Program-made: the position numbers and the translations under genes
Shown here: positions 25,970 to 35,582 of the stretch, piece after piece
How the letters are laid out: every line of letters starts with the position of its first letter
Position numbering within the stretch: the stretch's first letter is position 1
Notes under the pieces: generated by a model
Told to the model about the DNA's origin: nothing
What the model saw: only the letters and a program-made list of their open reading frames with translations
The model's database searches: none
Source of the DNA: Ignavibacteria bacterium
GTDB lineage: Bacteria > Bacteroidota > Ignavibacteria > Tepidaquicellales > Tepidaquicellaceae
Direction: 5' to 3'
Length of the DNA: 49,703 bases
Assembly: GCA_041859005.1 (NCBI GenBank)
Contig: JBHELA010000368.1
Location: forward strand, 1-49,703

Positions 25970-26461
25970 ATGGAATATATAAAGAATAAAGATTTAACAT
26001 TTTTAGAGAAAACTTATTTGCCACAGATAGCGAAAGGCATGGCTTTGACGTTTAAGCAGATGTTCAAACCGAAATTCACAAGACAGTATCCAGAACAGAA
26101 ATGGAATACACCTTCGAGTTTTAGAGGAAGACCGGTTTTAGTTCTTGAAAACAACGGAGTCGAAAGATGCGTTGCCTGTGGATTATGTTCAAGAGTGTGT
26201 CCGGCTCTTGCAATTGAGGTACAGGCTAATGAAACTGACTTTGAAAAGGAAAGATATCCAGAAAAATTCGAAATAAACATGGTACGTTGTATATTCTGCG
26301 GATTCTGTGAAGAGGTTTGTCCCGAAGAAGCAATAATAATGAGCGATGATTATGAACTTGTTTTCAAATCACAGGACGAGGCAATTTTCGGAAAGGATAA
26401 ACTTTTAATTCCGAGAGAAAAACTTGAAAAACGCTTGCTGTTCCTGAAAGAAAACAGATAG
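25970..26461 (+). CDS. nuoI: NADH-quinone oxidoreductase subunit I (2x[4Fe-4S])
   Basis: FKQMFKPKFTRQYPE..., CVACGLCSRVCP and CIFCGFCEEVCP motifs. Confidence 0.85.
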   Translation: MEYIKNKDLTFLEKTYLPQIAKGMALTFKQMFKPKFTRQYPEQKWNTPSSFRGRPVLVLENNGVERCVACGLCSRVCPALAIEVQANETDFEKERYPEKFEINMVRCIFCGFCEEVCPEEAIIMSDDYELVFKSQDEAIFGKDKLLIPREKLEKRLLFLKENR

Positions 26462-26475
26462 GAAGACTTATAAGT

Positions 26476-27783
26476 TTGAAATCAATATTGTTCGACATAT
26501 TCCTGGTTGCTGTACTTGTGATGATAAATGCGCTGTTCGTTGCTCTGGAATATGCGATTATAAAAGTAAGAAAATCAGAGATTGAAACTGATTCCAACGA
26601 AAAGGATTCACTTCGAAAGAGATATCTACGAAATGTAAAAGATAATATAGATAAATACATATCAGCTGCCCAAGTAGGAATAACACTTGTAAATGTTTTA
26701 CTAGGATGGATAGGGGAGGATTCTTTTGGAAGAATATTCGGCAGTTTATTTAATCTAATTGGTTTTGGCAATGCAATACCAGGTTCTGTTTCTTCAATAT
26801 TAGGAATATTGCTTATTACTTTTGTAACTGTTGCTTTTGGAGAGCTTGCACCTAAAATGATTGCGATTCAGTATCCGCTGCAAATATCTATGTGGCTATC
26901 ATTCCCGCTTAAAATTGTCTATACTATTTTCAAGCCGATGATAATTATTCTTAACTTTTCTGCTAACGGATTTATTAGGTTAATAGGACTAAAACCGATT
27001 ACAAAGGAGGATATTCATCATTCCGAAAGAGAAATTAGGTATCTTATTTCCGAGGGTAGAAAAACAGGCGTCATAGATTCGACTGAACACCAGTTGATTG
27101 AAAAGATATTTGATTTTAATGACAAGTTGGCTCGTGATATAATGGTTTCAAGAAATAACATCGTTGCTATTAATATCGATGATAACCGTGAAACTATAAT
27201 ACAAAAGGTTATAGATGAAGGATATTCCAGAGTACCTGTTTATAAGGATTCCATCGATAATATTATCGGAATTATATATTCTAAAGATCTTATCAGTGCG
27301 GCAGAGTTCAGAGAACTGATTGTTTTAACGGATATTTTGCGTCCAGTATATTTTGTACCAGAAACTAAGCAGATAGGAGAGATACTTAAAGATTTTCAAA
27401 AGAAAAGAATTCATCTTGGAATTGTCGTTAATGAACACGGAAATGTTGAAGGACTGATTACTCTTGAGGATATCATCGAAGAAATTGTAGGTGAGATTGA
27501 GGACGAATATGATATCGATACCCGTAACGTGCAAAAAGACAAACTTGGAATATTTCTTGTCAATCCGATTATAAGTATTGAGGAATTTAATCAGAAGTTT
27601 AAGTCCGACATTCCGATTGACAACGATGATTATCATACTCTCAGCGGATTTCTTCAGAAGGTAACAGGTCATGTTCCTGAAATATATGAAAGAGTGGATT
27701 ACAAAGAGTTTGTTTTTACAATTATGAAAAAAACAGGGAACAGACTGCTGCAGGTTAAAGTACAGAGAATGATAAACAAATAA
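26476..27783 (+). CDS. CNNM/DUF21-CBS-CorC_HlyC family transporter-associated protein
   Basis: N-terminal 4-TM DUF21, a CBS pair (DIMVSRNNIV...GYSRVPVY...LGIVVNEHGNVEGLITLEDI) and a CorC C-terminal domain. TTG start. Confidence 0.85.
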   Translation: MKSILFDIFLVAVLVMINALFVALEYAIIKVRKSEIETDSNEKDSLRKRYLRNVKDNIDKYISAAQVGITLVNVLLGWIGEDSFGRIFGSLFNLIGFGNAIPGSVSSILGILLITFVTVAFGELAPKMIAIQYPLQISMWLSFPLKIVYTIFKPMIIILNFSANGFIRLIGLKPITKEDIHHSEREIRYLISEGRKTGVIDSTEHQLIEKIFDFNDKLARDIMVSRNNIVAINIDDNRETIIQKVIDEGYSRVPVYKDSIDNIIGIIYSKDLISAAEFRELIVLTDILRPVYFVPETKQIGEILKDFQKKRIHLGIVVNEHGNVEGLITLEDIIEEIVGEIEDEYDIDTRNVQKDKLGIFLVNPIISIEEFNQKFKSDIPIDNDDYHTLSGFLQKVTGHVPEIYERVDYKEFVFTIMKKTGNRLLQVKVQRMINK

Positions 27784-27793
27784 TTTAAATAAT

Positions 27794-28558
27794 TTGATTG
27801 ATTTAATTTTAAAAAAAGTATTTACTTTCTTCAAGGATATTGAAGGATATTTTACATTGCAGTATCAGGTTGTAAAGTATCTGCCAAGAGTTTTTATTGA
27901 CAGAAAACTAATACTTGACCAAATGGTCCATATTGGAGTTAATTCTCTTGTTCTTGTATCAATAATTGGTTTGTTTACAGGTGCAGTTTCTGCTTGGCAA
28001 GCGGCATATCAGATGAGGGGGATGGTACCGCTTAGCATACTTGGCTCTGCTACTCCGAAAGCAATTATCATTGAACTTGGACCGGTTTTGTCGGCGCTTG
28101 TTCTCGCAGGAAGAGTTGGCGCATCTATAAGTGCAGAGATTGGAACAATGAAAGTAACAGAGCAAATAGATGCTTTGGAAGCAATGGCAATAAATCCGAT
28201 TCGGTATCTTGCAACTCCAAGAATAGTTGCAACAACTATTATGTTGCCCGTTCTTATTATTTACTCAAGTGCGATTGCGATATTTGGAGCTTATTTAGTT
28301 TCAACAACATTTCTTGATGTATCAGGTGGGGTATTTATTTCGGGATTCAGAAAATCATTTGAAATAGCTGATGTTAATGCTGCATTTGTCAAAGGTACGG
28401 TTTTCGGACTCGCTATATCATCCATCGGTTGTTACGTTGGATTTCAAACATCTGGCGGTGCGGAAGGTGTTGGACTGTCTACGATTAAATCATTTGTAAT
28501 TTGTGCCGCAATGATACTTATACTTGATGCGGTTTTATGGAATTTTCTTATTGGCTAA
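27794..28558 (+). CDS. mlaE: MlaE-family ABC transporter permease
   Basis: The GPVLSALVLAGRVGASISAEIGTMKVTEQIDALEAMAINP motif is typical of MlaE/YrbE. TTG start. Confidence 0.8.
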   Translation: MIDLILKKVFTFFKDIEGYFTLQYQVVKYLPRVFIDRKLILDQMVHIGVNSLVLVSIIGLFTGAVSAWQAAYQMRGMVPLSILGSATPKAIIIELGPVLSALVLAGRVGASISAEIGTMKVTEQIDALEAMAINPIRYLATPRIVATTIMLPVLIIYSSAIAIFGAYLVSTTFLDVSGGVFISGFRKSFEIADVNAAFVKGTVFGLAISSIGCYVGFQTSGGAEGVGLSTIKSFVICAAMILILDAVLWNFLIG

Positions 28559-28582
28559 TAGTTTGTAAATTCACATTATTCC

Positions 28583-28656
28583 GGGCAATTGGCACAGCTG
28601 GTTAGCGCGCTTCCTTCACACGGAAGAGGTCACTGGTTCGAATCCAGTATTGCCCA
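28583..28656 (+). tRNA. tRNA-Val (anticodon CAC)
   Basis: Folded by hand. Acceptor stem GGGCAAT/ATTGCCC. Anticodon arm cttcc-TTCACAC-ggaag. T-arm actgg-ttcgaat-ccagt. Discriminator A. No encoded CCA. Confidence 0.9.
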
Positions 28657-28676
28657 CATTAAAAATAAAAGATTGA

Positions 28677-29963
28677 TTGAACATTTTATTCAAAAATATT
28701 AGGATAATATCACCTGCAGATAATCTCGATGGTAATTTTGACCTCTTTGTCAGGAATGGTGTTATAGAATACATAGATATTCCGGGTAATAATTATGCAG
28801 AGGATTATGAAGAGATAATAAATGGAGAGAATTTAACTGCTGTTCCTGGGTTTTATGATATGCATGTTCATTTTAGAGATCCAGGCCAGACTGAGAAGGA
28901 AGATATTGAATCGGGTGTCCGTTCCGCTGCTAATGGAGGATTCACTGGTGTCCTTTGCATGCCTAATACAAAACCACCTATAGATAACAATAAAATTATA
29001 TCTTATATACTTAATAAAGCGGAAAACATGATTGTTGATGTACATGTTTCTGCCTGTGCTTCTAAGAATAGAGAAGGAAATGAAATAACAGATCTGAAGG
29101 AATTAAACAATGCAGGTGCTTTAGCTTTTACGGATGACGGAAGTCCTTTACTGAATAAAAGCATTTTAAGTGAAACTTTAAAATATTCAGCTGAACATTC
29201 ACTCCCTTTTTTACAGCATGCAGAAAATATTATGCTTAGCGGTAAAGGCGTTATTCATAAAGGCAAGATTTCAGATGAACTTAATTTGGAAGGGATACCT
29301 TATGAAAGTGAAACATTAACAGTTAAGAGTGATATAGAACTTGCTAATAAAATTGCCGGTTCAAAATACCATGTTCAACATTTATCCTGCGGTAATACTG
29401 TTGATCTCATAAGAACTGCAAGAATTAACAATGAAAACATTACCTGTGAGGCATGTCCGCATCACTTTATTCTTACGGATGAGATAATAAAACACGAAGG
29501 AAGTAATGCTAAAATGAATCCTCCGCTGAGAGAAAAAACAGACGTTGAAAGAATCTTAGACGGGATTAAAGATGATACCATTCAAGTTATATGTACTGAT
29601 CATGCACCTCATACTTCTGCAGAAAAATCAAAAGGTATTTCCCATGCACCATTCGGTATTGTAGGTCTTGAAAGCTGTATTGGTTTAAGCTATACTTATC
29701 TTGTCGGTAAAGGTATCATATCTTTTGAAAGTATGATTAGGAAAATGTCAGATAATCCAAGGAGAATTCTTAATTTGCCAAGAATTACCGTGGGAATAGG
29801 TGAAAGAGCTAATCTGACGATTCTTGAAACTAATCTGGATTGGGTAATAGATACGAATAAGTTCAAATCAAAAAGTAAAAATTCCCCATTTAATGGATAT
29901 AAAGTGAAATGTAAACCTTTTGGTATCTTTAATAATAACAAATTTTTCAAATCTCAATTGTGA
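28677..29963 (+). CDS. pyrC: Dihydroorotase
   Basis: DMHVHFRDPG, CMPNTKPP and TDHAPH motifs. Apparent TTG start. Confidence 0.88.
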   Translation: MNILFKNIRIISPADNLDGNFDLFVRNGVIEYIDIPGNNYAEDYEEIINGENLTAVPGFYDMHVHFRDPGQTEKEDIESGVRSAANGGFTGVLCMPNTKPPIDNNKIISYILNKAENMIVDVHVSACASKNREGNEITDLKELNNAGALAFTDDGSPLLNKSILSETLKYSAEHSLPFLQHAENIMLSGKGVIHKGKISDELNLEGIPYESETLTVKSDIELANKIAGSKYHVQHLSCGNTVDLIRTARINNENITCEACPHHFILTDEIIKHEGSNAKMNPPLREKTDVERILDGIKDDTIQVICTDHAPHTSAEKSKGISHAPFGIVGLESCIGLSYTYLVGKGIISFESMIRKMSDNPRRILNLPRITVGIGERANLTILETNLDWVIDTNKFKSKSKNSPFNGYKVKCKPFGIFNNNKFFKSQL

Positions 29964-30646
29964 TTTTGATTAGTTATTTAAACATATCCGGCAGTAATGA
30001 AAAGTTCAGAATAAATAATATTTTCTGTATAGGGAAAAACTATATGGAACACATAAAGGAATTCGGAAATGATAAAGCACCTAATTCTCCTGTAATATTT
30101 TTTAAACCAAATACCGCAATTATACGAAATAACAGTATTATTAACATTCCTGAAATAAACGGAAAGAAAATATCGGATGATGTTCATTACGAAACGGAGA
30201 TGGTTATTGCTATCGGCAAAGACGGCAATAATGTAAATGAAGCAGAAGCAGGGGAGTACATTTTAGGATATGGTGTTGGTCTTGATTTGACACTTCGTGA
30301 TTTGCAATCCACCGCAAAAAAGAAGGGCTTGCCTTGGGGAACGGCAAAAGGATTTTATAATTCCGCTCCGGTAAGCGATATAGTATTAAAGTCGTTTATA
30401 AAAGATCCGTTAAATTTGGACATACAATTAAAAATTAATAATACTATAAAACAGTTTAGTAATACAAGTTTAATGATAATAAATATATATAAGATAATAT
30501 CATACTTATCAACAATATTCGGGCTATCTAAAGGTGATTTAATATTTACTGGTACACCTGAAGGAGTCGGACGGTTAAAACGGGGTGACGAATTACTAGC
30601 TAATTTGGGTGATTTGATTGAACTGAAAGTGAGCTTCAATGGCTAA
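29960..30646 (+). CDS. Fumarylacetoacetate hydrolase (FAH) family protein
   Basis: IFCIGKNY..H..E...PVIFFKP, YETEMVIAIGK and GTPEGVG motifs. The GTG start overlaps the pyrC stop. Confidence 0.8.
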   Translation: MILISYLNISGSNEKFRINNIFCIGKNYMEHIKEFGNDKAPNSPVIFFKPNTAIIRNNSIINIPEINGKKISDDVHYETEMVIAIGKDGNNVNEAEAGEYILGYGVGLDLTLRDLQSTAKKKGLPWGTAKGFYNSAPVSDIVLKSFIKDPLNLDIQLKINNTIKQFSNTSLMIINIYKIISYLSTIFGLSKGDLIFTGTPEGVGRLKRGDELLANLGDLIELKVSFNG

Positions 30647-31427
30647 AATTATAAGTGTATGTATTGCGAAAGGTGGCGTCGGAAAAACGACTACTTCTGT
30701 TAATTTAGCGGCATCTCTTGCACTTGCTGAAAAGTCCACATTACTCATAGATATAGACCCATATGGTTCATCAGCTGTTGCGATGGGTTTTACACCTGAC
30801 CGAATAAAAGCAGGTATATCTGAAATATTTAATTTTGCAAAAGCTATCGACTATACTATTCACAAAACAGATCTACCTTATTTAGATTTTGTTCCGGCGA
30901 ATATTAACTCAATTCAAAATGACGAAAGATTTGCTAAGATGACCGAAAACAGAGTTATTTTAAAAAATGCACTAAAAGACGTTAAAAGCAGATATGATTT
31001 TATCATAATAGACTGTCCACCAACCTTAAGAGGTATTACTCTGAATGCTCTTACAGCTTCTGATTCTGTATTAATTCCGGTGAAATGCGGACACTTTTCA
31101 CTCGATGCAGTTGATAAGCTTTTTGATTATATCAGCTGGGTTAGGGAAGTGTCAAATCCGTATTTAGATATAGAAGGTATACTGTTGACGATGTATGAAA
31201 AAAACTCTAAGGTAACAGAAATATCTGAACGTGAACTTCGTTTAAAGTATGCTGGATACATGCTTGAAACGACAATCCCTGTAACAAACCTTCTTAATGA
31301 AGCAACGTTTTATGGAAAGCCACTTTGCTTGTATAAAATTAATTCAGAAGGTTCATTAGCCTATATTAATTTATCGTACGAATTAATTACAAAAAATCAG
31401 GAATCAATAATTAAAAATCAAGAATGA
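30639..31427 (+). CDS. ParA/Soj-family P-loop ATPase (orphan, no parB nearby)
   Basis: Deviant Walker A motif AKGGVGKTTTSVNLA. DCPP Walker B region. Overlaps the FAH gene by 8 nt and valS by 4 nt. Confidence 0.85.
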   Translation: MAKIISVCIAKGGVGKTTTSVNLAASLALAEKSTLLIDIDPYGSSAVAMGFTPDRIKAGISEIFNFAKAIDYTIHKTDLPYLDFVPANINSIQNDERFAKMTENRVILKNALKDVKSRYDFIIIDCPPTLRGITLNALTASDSVLIPVKCGHFSLDAVDKLFDYISWVREVSNPYLDIEGILLTMYEKNSKVTEISERELRLKYAGYMLETTIPVTNLLNEATFYGKPLCLYKINSEGSLAYINLSYELITKNQESIIKNQE

Positions 31428-34057
31428 AGGAACTACCCGTAAAATACGATCCTCGAGAAGTTGAAGAAAAATGGCAAGCATATTGGGAAGATAATGAAAT
31501 ATACAAATCAGAAATCTCAGAAAAGCCAAAGTTTTCCGTCGTAATTCCGCCACCTAATGTGACCGGAATGTTGCATATAGGTCATGTTTTGAATCTTACA
31601 ATACAGGATATTTATTGCCGCTGGAAAAGAATGTCCGGTTTTGAAGTTTGCTGGGTACCGGGCATGGATCATGCCGGTATAGCAACACAGATAAAAGTCG
31701 AAGAACAGTTAAGAAATGCAAATATCAGTAAGTATGATTTGGGAAGAGATGAATTTACTAAAAAAGTGTGGGAATGGAAGGAAAAATATGGCGGTATTAT
31801 TCTTCAGCAAGTTCGGAAATTGGGTTATTCAGTTGATTGGTCTAAAGAAAGGTTCACACTCGATGAAGGACTTTCCAAAGCTGTAAAGGAAGTCTTTGTT
31901 GACTTGTTTAAGAAGGGTTATATCTATAAGGGCAAGAGAATTATCAACTGGGACTGCATTACACAAACTGCTTTAAGTGATGATGAGATAAGTTATAAAG
32001 AATATAATGATAAGCTTTATTATATCAAGTACTTTATTGAGAATTCTAATGAGTTTTTAGTTATTGCGACAACTAGACCGGAGACTATGTTCGGAGATAC
32101 TGCAGTAGCTGTAAATCCGAAAGATAAACGCTATTTAAAGTTTAAAGGAAAGCATGTAATCCTTCCGATTTTAAACAAACCCATTCCTATTATCTGCGAT
32201 GAGTATGTCGATATATCATTCGGAACCGGTGCTTTGAAAGTTACTCCTGCACATGATTTGAATGATTTTGAACTGGGTAAAAAACACAACCTTGAAACTG
32301 TAAACATACTAACAAAAGATGGTAAGCTTAATGAAAATGGTGATAATTTCAAAGGGCAATCTGTTAATGAAGCACGTAAAAACGTACTGAATAAGCTGAA
32401 AGCTAATGGTTATTTTGTTAAAGAGGAAGATTACATTCATAATGTTTCAATTTCAGAACGATCCGGAGCTGTTATTGAACCGTACTTGTCAGATCAATGG
32501 TTTGTATCGATGCAAAAGCTTTCTAAACCTGCTATTCAGGTAGTTAAAGAAGGTAAAATTAAATTCCATCCTGAAAAATGGACAAAGACATATTTTCACT
32601 GGCTTGATAACGTGAAGGATTGGTGCATTTCGCGTCAGCTATGGTGGGGACATCAGATTCCTATCTGGTATAATAAGCATAACGGAGATATTTACTGTGA
32701 GACTATTCCTCCAGTAGATATTGAAAACTGGGAACAGGATAAAGATGTTTTGGATACATGGTTCTCTTCCTGGTTATGGCCATTCAGTGTCTTTAATTGG
32801 AAGAATAATTCTGATGACAAACAGAATAAGGAATTAAATTATTATTATCCTACTGATTTCCTTTCAACAGCACCTGAGATTATATTCTTATGGGTTGCGA
32901 GAATGATTATTTCAGGACTTGAGTATATGAAAGATATTCCATTTAAGGATGTATATTTTCATTCGACTGTTAGAGATGGAAAAGGACGGAAAATGTCAAA
33001 ATCTCTTGGTAATTCACCAGATCCGCTAACTTTAGTTGACAATTACGGTGCAGATGCACTCAGGTTTACAATTGTATATCTTGCTCCTCTTGGAAGTGAT
33101 GTATTGTTTGATGAGAAGAACACTGAAATAGGCAGAAATTTCATTACGAAATTGTGGAATGCCGGTCGCTTTCTAATAATGATGCGCGATAAAGTTTATG
33201 ATTCTAATGAATTCGGTAATAAACCGATTGAGAATGACCTCGCAGAAAAATGGATTGAAAGCAGGTTTAATACAACAATCAGAGAAATTAATTTCTTTCT
33301 TGATTCTTATAGACTGAACGACTATACAAAATCACTGTATGGATTTATTTGGAATGACTTTTGTGATTGGTACATAGAACTTATTAAGAATAAGGTCAAT
33401 AATAATCCAGAATCGGGTAGATTACTGGTAGATGAAGCTCTTTCGATGTATGAAAAAATTCTAGTACTACTTCATCCTGTTATTCCGTATGTAACAGAAG
33501 AAATATGGCATAAACTTGACGAAAGCAGAATGGAAAAAACAATTTCATTTGAGATGTTCCCTGAACTCGATAAAACAAAAATTGACGAAGATATAGAAAT
33601 ATCCTTCGAACATTTGAAAGATTTGGTTACTACTTCCAGAAATGTCAGGTCTTTGTATACAGGAATTAACAATTACCAATTTGATATACATATTAAACCT
33701 TTGAATTCAACGGCTGAAAATATTTTACCGTCAATTACTGAATTGATGCAGCTGCTTATTAATCATAGCAATAAAGTTATAGATGCAAAAGAAATTCAAG
33801 ATTTTAAAGGAACTTCCGGTAATTATTTTGCCGTTAATTTCGAGTTTCTAAATGAAATACCGCCATTCAAAGTGATTGGTAATACTAATAAAATTAGTAA
33901 AGAGCTTGAATCTCTAAGAGCATATATTGGCGGACTTAAGAAAAAACTTGAGAACAGAAATTTTCTTGAGAAAGCAGCACCGGATATTATTGAAAAAGAG
34001 CAAACCAAACTCAAAGAATCAGAAGAAAAACTCGAAAAACTCCAAAATATGTCTTGA
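31424..34057 (+). CDS. valS: Valine--tRNA ligase
   Basis: PPPNVTGMLHIGH (HIGH motif), KMSKSLGN (KMSKS motif) and a C-terminal coiled coil. 877 aa. Confidence 0.95.
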   Translation: MKELPVKYDPREVEEKWQAYWEDNEIYKSEISEKPKFSVVIPPPNVTGMLHIGHVLNLTIQDIYCRWKRMSGFEVCWVPGMDHAGIATQIKVEEQLRNANISKYDLGRDEFTKKVWEWKEKYGGIILQQVRKLGYSVDWSKERFTLDEGLSKAVKEVFVDLFKKGYIYKGKRIINWDCITQTALSDDEISYKEYNDKLYYIKYFIENSNEFLVIATTRPETMFGDTAVAVNPKDKRYLKFKGKHVILPILNKPIPIICDEYVDISFGTGALKVTPAHDLNDFELGKKHNLETVNILTKDGKLNENGDNFKGQSVNEARKNVLNKLKANGYFVKEEDYIHNVSISERSGAVIEPYLSDQWFVSMQKLSKPAIQVVKEGKIKFHPEKWTKTYFHWLDNVKDWCISRQLWWGHQIPIWYNKHNGDIYCETIPPVDIENWEQDKDVLDTWFSSWLWPFSVFNWKNNSDDKQNKELNYYYPTDFLSTAPEIIFLWVARMIISGLEYMKDIPFKDVYFHSTVRDGKGRKMSKSLGNSPDPLTLVDNYGADALRFTIVYLAPLGSDVLFDEKNTEIGRNFITKLWNAGRFLIMMRDKVYDSNEFGNKPIENDLAEKWIESRFNTTIREINFFLDSYRLNDYTKSLYGFIWNDFCDWYIELIKNKVNNNPESGRLLVDEALSMYEKILVLLHPVIPYVTEEIWHKLDESRMEKTISFEMFPELDKTKIDEDIEISFEHLKDLVTTSRNVRSLYTGINNYQFDIHIKPLNSTAENILPSITELMQLLINHSNKVIDAKEIQDFKGTSGNYFAVNFEFLNEIPPFKVIGNTNKISKELESLRAYIGGLKKKLENRNFLEKAAPDIIEKEQTKLKESEEKLEKLQNMS

Positions 34058-34065
34058 TACAATAT

Positions 34066-34098
34066 AAAAAGGCTGATAAATTGTTATCAGCCTTTTTT
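34066..34098. terminator. Bidirectional terminator (valS / COG2403 gene)
   Basis: aaaaaggctgataa-attg-ttatcagccttttt. Confidence 0.7.
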
Positions 34099-34120
34099 GA
34101 AAAATAGCTTTTTAATTAAT

Positions 34121-35452
34121 TTATTTCCTTTTAAACATCTTTGTTAAGATATCAGTAAGATCCGGTTTACCGATTTCCTGTAAATCATATGATACTCTTG
34201 CACATGGTTTCTTTATTTTGACTATTCTTCTTAAATCAATGGGGGTTCCTATAATTACTGAATCACACGGTACTTTATTGATTGTAGTTTCTAAATCTTT
34301 TATCTGCTTATCGCCGTAACCCATCGCAGGCAGTAAAACTCCAATATTAGGATATTTCTTGTAAGTATCACTTATGCTTTTAACTGCGTACTTTCTTGGA
34401 TCGACAAGAGATTTTGCACCAAATTTCTGTGCAGCAATTGTTCCTGCTCCGAATTTCATTTCACCATGAGTAAGTGTTGGACCGTCTTCAACGACAAGAA
34501 CTTTTTTGCCTTCAATATTCTTAATTTCTTCAAGTTTGTCGATTGATACAGGAGATGCTGCCTCAATTATTATGGCTTTAGGATTTATCCTTAATACATT
34601 ATCTCTAACTTCATTGACTTTTTCGGGTGTTGCAGAATCGATCTTGTTTATAACTACAACATCAGAAATCAACAGATTAGTTACACTCGGGAAATAAGAA
34701 AGTTCGTGACCAGGTCTGTGAGGATCAACGACTGTTATAACCAGATCCGCTTTGTAGAAAGGATTGTCATTGTTGCCTCCGTCCCAAAGAATTACATCAG
34801 CTTCCTTTTCAGCCTCCCTCAAGATAGCTTCATAGTCAACTCCGGCATATATTACGTTACCCCTTGCAACGTGAGGTTCATATTCTTCCATTTCCTCAAT
34901 TGTGCATTTATGCTTTTTTAGGTCTGCTATTGTTGCGAATCTCTGGACTTTTTGTTTTACAAGATCTCCATAAGGCATTGGATGCCTGACAGCAACAACT
35001 TTCTTTCCCAAAGCCATTAGTACCTCTATCACTTTTCTCGATGTCTGGCTTTTCCCCGCACCGGTTCTTGCAGCAACTACTGCTATAACAGGTTTTTTTG
35101 ATTTAATGGATGTTGCTTCGTAACTCAGCATTTTAAAAGATGCACCCACACTGTTTACAATAGCTGCCTTTGTCATAACATAATTGAAAGTAACATCAGA
35201 ATATGAAAAGACCACTTCATCGACTTTATACTTTTTGATTAGGCTTACTAATTCTGATTCCGGATAGATCGGTATTCCTTTAGGATACAATTTTCCGCAT
35301 AGAGCAGCAGGATACTTCCTGTCGTCAATGTAGGGGATTTGAGTTGCTGTAAATGCGACAACTTCATATCTCGGATTATCACGATAAACTGTATTAAAAT
35401 TGTGAAAATCTCTGCCTGCGGCACCCATAATAAGAACTTTAATCTTGTCCAT
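34121..35452 (-). CDS. COG2403-type predicted P-loop GTPase (cyclic 2,3-diphosphoglycerate synthetase-like)
   Basis: VLIMGAAGRDFHNFN..., P-loop ARTGAGKSQTSRKV, RHPMPYGDL and WDGGNND motifs. The family name is recalled from memory and not verified. Confidence 0.55.
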   Translation of the reverse strand: MDKIKVLIMGAAGRDFHNFNTVYRDNPRYEVVAFTATQIPYIDDRKYPAALCGKLYPKGIPIYPESELVSLIKKYKVDEVVFSYSDVTFNYVMTKAAIVNSVGASFKMLSYEATSIKSKKPVIAVVAARTGAGKSQTSRKVIEVLMALGKKVVAVRHPMPYGDLVKQKVQRFATIADLKKHKCTIEEMEEYEPHVARGNVIYAGVDYEAILREAEKEADVILWDGGNNDNPFYKADLVITVVDPHRPGHELSYFPSVTNLLISDVVVINKIDSATPEKVNEVRDNVLRINPKAIIIEAASPVSIDKLEEIKNIEGKKVLVVEDGPTLTHGEMKFGAGTIAAQKFGAKSLVDPRKYAVKSISDTYKKYPNIGVLLPAMGYGDKQIKDLETTINKVPCDSVIIGTPIDLRRIVKIKKPCARVSYDLQEIGKPDLTDILTKMFKRK

Positions 35453-35582
35453 AAAATTAAGTTTGTTTGTGAAAAATATTTGATATTTGATTTAGAATAA
35501 TAAATATAGTAATTTTATTCTTATTTTTTAAGTGATTTAGTAGTATCTTTATACTTACTTTAATCGAAAACAAATTATAACA

